From Heptranchias perlo (Eukaryota), in contig NC_090340.1 of assembly GCF_035084215.1 (NCBI RefSeq), forward strand, positions 5,766,001 through 5,830,000: 64,000 nt of DNA, read 5' to 3'. The position numbers and the translations under genes are program-made. Every line of letters starts with the position of its first letter. Position 1 is the stretch's first letter. The notes below the pieces were generated by a model. The model searched no databases and was not told where the DNA came from. It saw only the letters and a list, made by a program, of their open reading frames with translations. Shown in pieces: positions 61,851-64,000 of this stretch.

Positions 61851-64000
61851 GCCAAGAATTGCTCTGGTCGATAAAAGAATGTTACAATGTTATCACTGCA
61901 AAACACAATGAAATTAAAATATTGGTTCGTCCAACAATCAGTGATGCTTTAATGAAGATAATATGAAGCACTCGAGTGAGAAGTTGTCAGTGCTGCGAGA
62001 ATAAAGGCACCTGTATGTTGTATGACAGTTTATAACCGATCTGTACCAAGAAGCCTTGAAAAGACATTATCAGTGCGACATTCCTACCTGATGGTTTACA
62101 CACTGGGAGAAAATAAGAAAGTAAACAAATTTAAAGTGAGGTTTTGTATAACCATTGGAAATCTATTATGGATATGTTGAGACATTTGTTGTTTAGTTCA
62201 ATTAAATATTGAAGAATTATTGACGCAGTTAACGTTGTTGTGTTGATTGGTCATGTCACCAGGAGCTGTTTTCCTTGATAAAGCTTAACGCACGAAGGTC
62301 ACTATTTTTTGTATAAGTCAAAGCTTTCAGCGGAAGGAGAAGGGTTGGATGGTAGGTTAAAATGTGAATAAGAATAGGTTTTGAATACTAAACATATTTC
62401 AGAAGTTTTTAAGTTATAGGATCAAAGTGGGATAGGTGTACTGCAATCTTTCATTCAATAGCATATATTTTAAAATAGACAAAGCGACATATAACAGAAA
62501 AAAGGAATGTATAACACAGCATACTGTAATTTTCCTCAACATTGATAGATGTGTAATAGGCTGTTATTGAATTATAGAATCATAGACTCATACAGCACAA
62601 AAGGAGGCCGTTCAGCCCATTGTGCCGGCTCTTTGAAAGAACTATCGAATTAATACATGTACTTCAAACAATAAATCTTCTTGCATTCAATAAATGGACC
62701 ACCAAACGGCACAAGAAATACAGAATGAGTATCATAACATATTAAATAACTTTCGTTACCTACAAAACCGTACTTCTCATTACCAAGGTTTTTATACACT
62801 TGTGTCAAAGTTTTCCTATTTTAAATTCATATGTCCGCATTTATAATGGAAACTGCCCATGTAAGCTTGTCACTCTGTAACTGCACCTTCCTACTAATGG
62901 TATTGCTACATTTCCAGAGTTTTGCTTTCCCCAGCTCCTCAGCCTATAGTTCAAGGGGTATATAATGCTGCCACCAACTTTACTTCTTTCTCAAATTGTG
63001 ATCAGTTTTGTTATTTAGCTATAAATAATTTCAATTCAAAGTTGCATAAAAATGAGCACTGAAAGTTGGCGAAAAATGAGGATTGAATTCAGTCTGAAGT
63101 ATTGGTCCAATTTAACCTCACGTTTTAACGCCACTTCAAACGAAGACCACATTTGGGCTTGACTCCCTATATGTGGTACTACGGGGAATGTTCTACTACT
63201 ATTGGAAAAACTTTACAAATTAAGTCAAATTTGGAAAAAGTGTACGAAGAAATTAAGGCAGCTTTTGAAAACTATAGCCAAATCTGCAGGGGCACTGTTG
63301 TAATTGTCCCAACAGATCATTATTTTAATCATTAATTACCATTCCTGCTGAATTTCTGATTGTGAAAGAGAACGTTTTGACCTTTTGGGTTCAGTAAGCA
63401 TACAGATTTACACTTCTACAATACCAAGGATAAATTGTTGTGAGTTTATTTACTTCAAGAAGTATACATGAATTAATTGCACTTTTTAGAGACAGGACTC
63501 GTAGTAAAATAATGTTCACTGATGGGTAGTGATGTCGATCTGGAGTATGCTCAATAAGACAGTTTGTGTTGCATATACACCTGTTCACTGACAAAAGCAT
63601 CTAAAATAAAATAACCCTTCAGGCTGCGCACACTATAGAGTTATGATTCCCAGATGACACTGCCCATCACTATTCTGCTTAACACTGCTGGTTGTGATAC
63701 CAGGTGACGTAATCTATAAGAGCTAAAAGTAAATAGTGTCAGAATAGTTTTGCGTTACTTCAGTGGCAGTTTGGGAATAAATTGAAAGGATCAAAATGTA
63801 GTTTGATATTTCCCATGCAATTAACAATCATAAATAATTAAGTTTTAGATCCACAAAATGTGAAATTCAGATTTGTTTGGGAAAAGAAAATCACGATTGA
63901 GCAAAATAAAGTATAACTCTATAGAAATTGTATTTCAAAACAAAAAAATATTGATCTTACACTGGTGCAGTATCCGCACAATGCGTTTTTACAGTTCATT

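Overview
This is a repeat-dense eukaryotic window. The mix of CR1 and L2 LINEs, Deu-type SINEs and palindromic MITEs points to a cartilaginous fish (inference). The only intact host gene I can support lies on the minus strand at 1-6342. It is a non-rearranging Ig-superfamily receptor with four exons joined by phase-1 introns: leader, germline-joined VJ-type V domain (NKp30-like F/G strands), a true C1-set domain and an uncharged transmembrane segment. Its cytoplasmic tail lies left of the window. A broken CEACAM/HEPACAM/CD2-like V exon lies on the + strand at 57104-57422, with a possible leader at 54818-54941. Most of 9-58 kb is nested, degraded CR1 LINEs (one near full length), a second CR1-group family, L2, a Vingi/Ingi-like 3' end, a Harbinger Myb/SANT remnant and a ~3 kb 28-29 bp minisatellite. 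The most unusual signal in the repeats is at the CR1 ORF1/ORF2 junction. There is an in-register T_TTA_AAC slippery heptamer (intact in two of three copies, one mismatch in the third), and its -1 frame leads into ORF2, suggesting gag-pol-like programmed -1 frameshifting. Repeat boundaries are by-eye estimates; exon boundaries were read from the splice sites.
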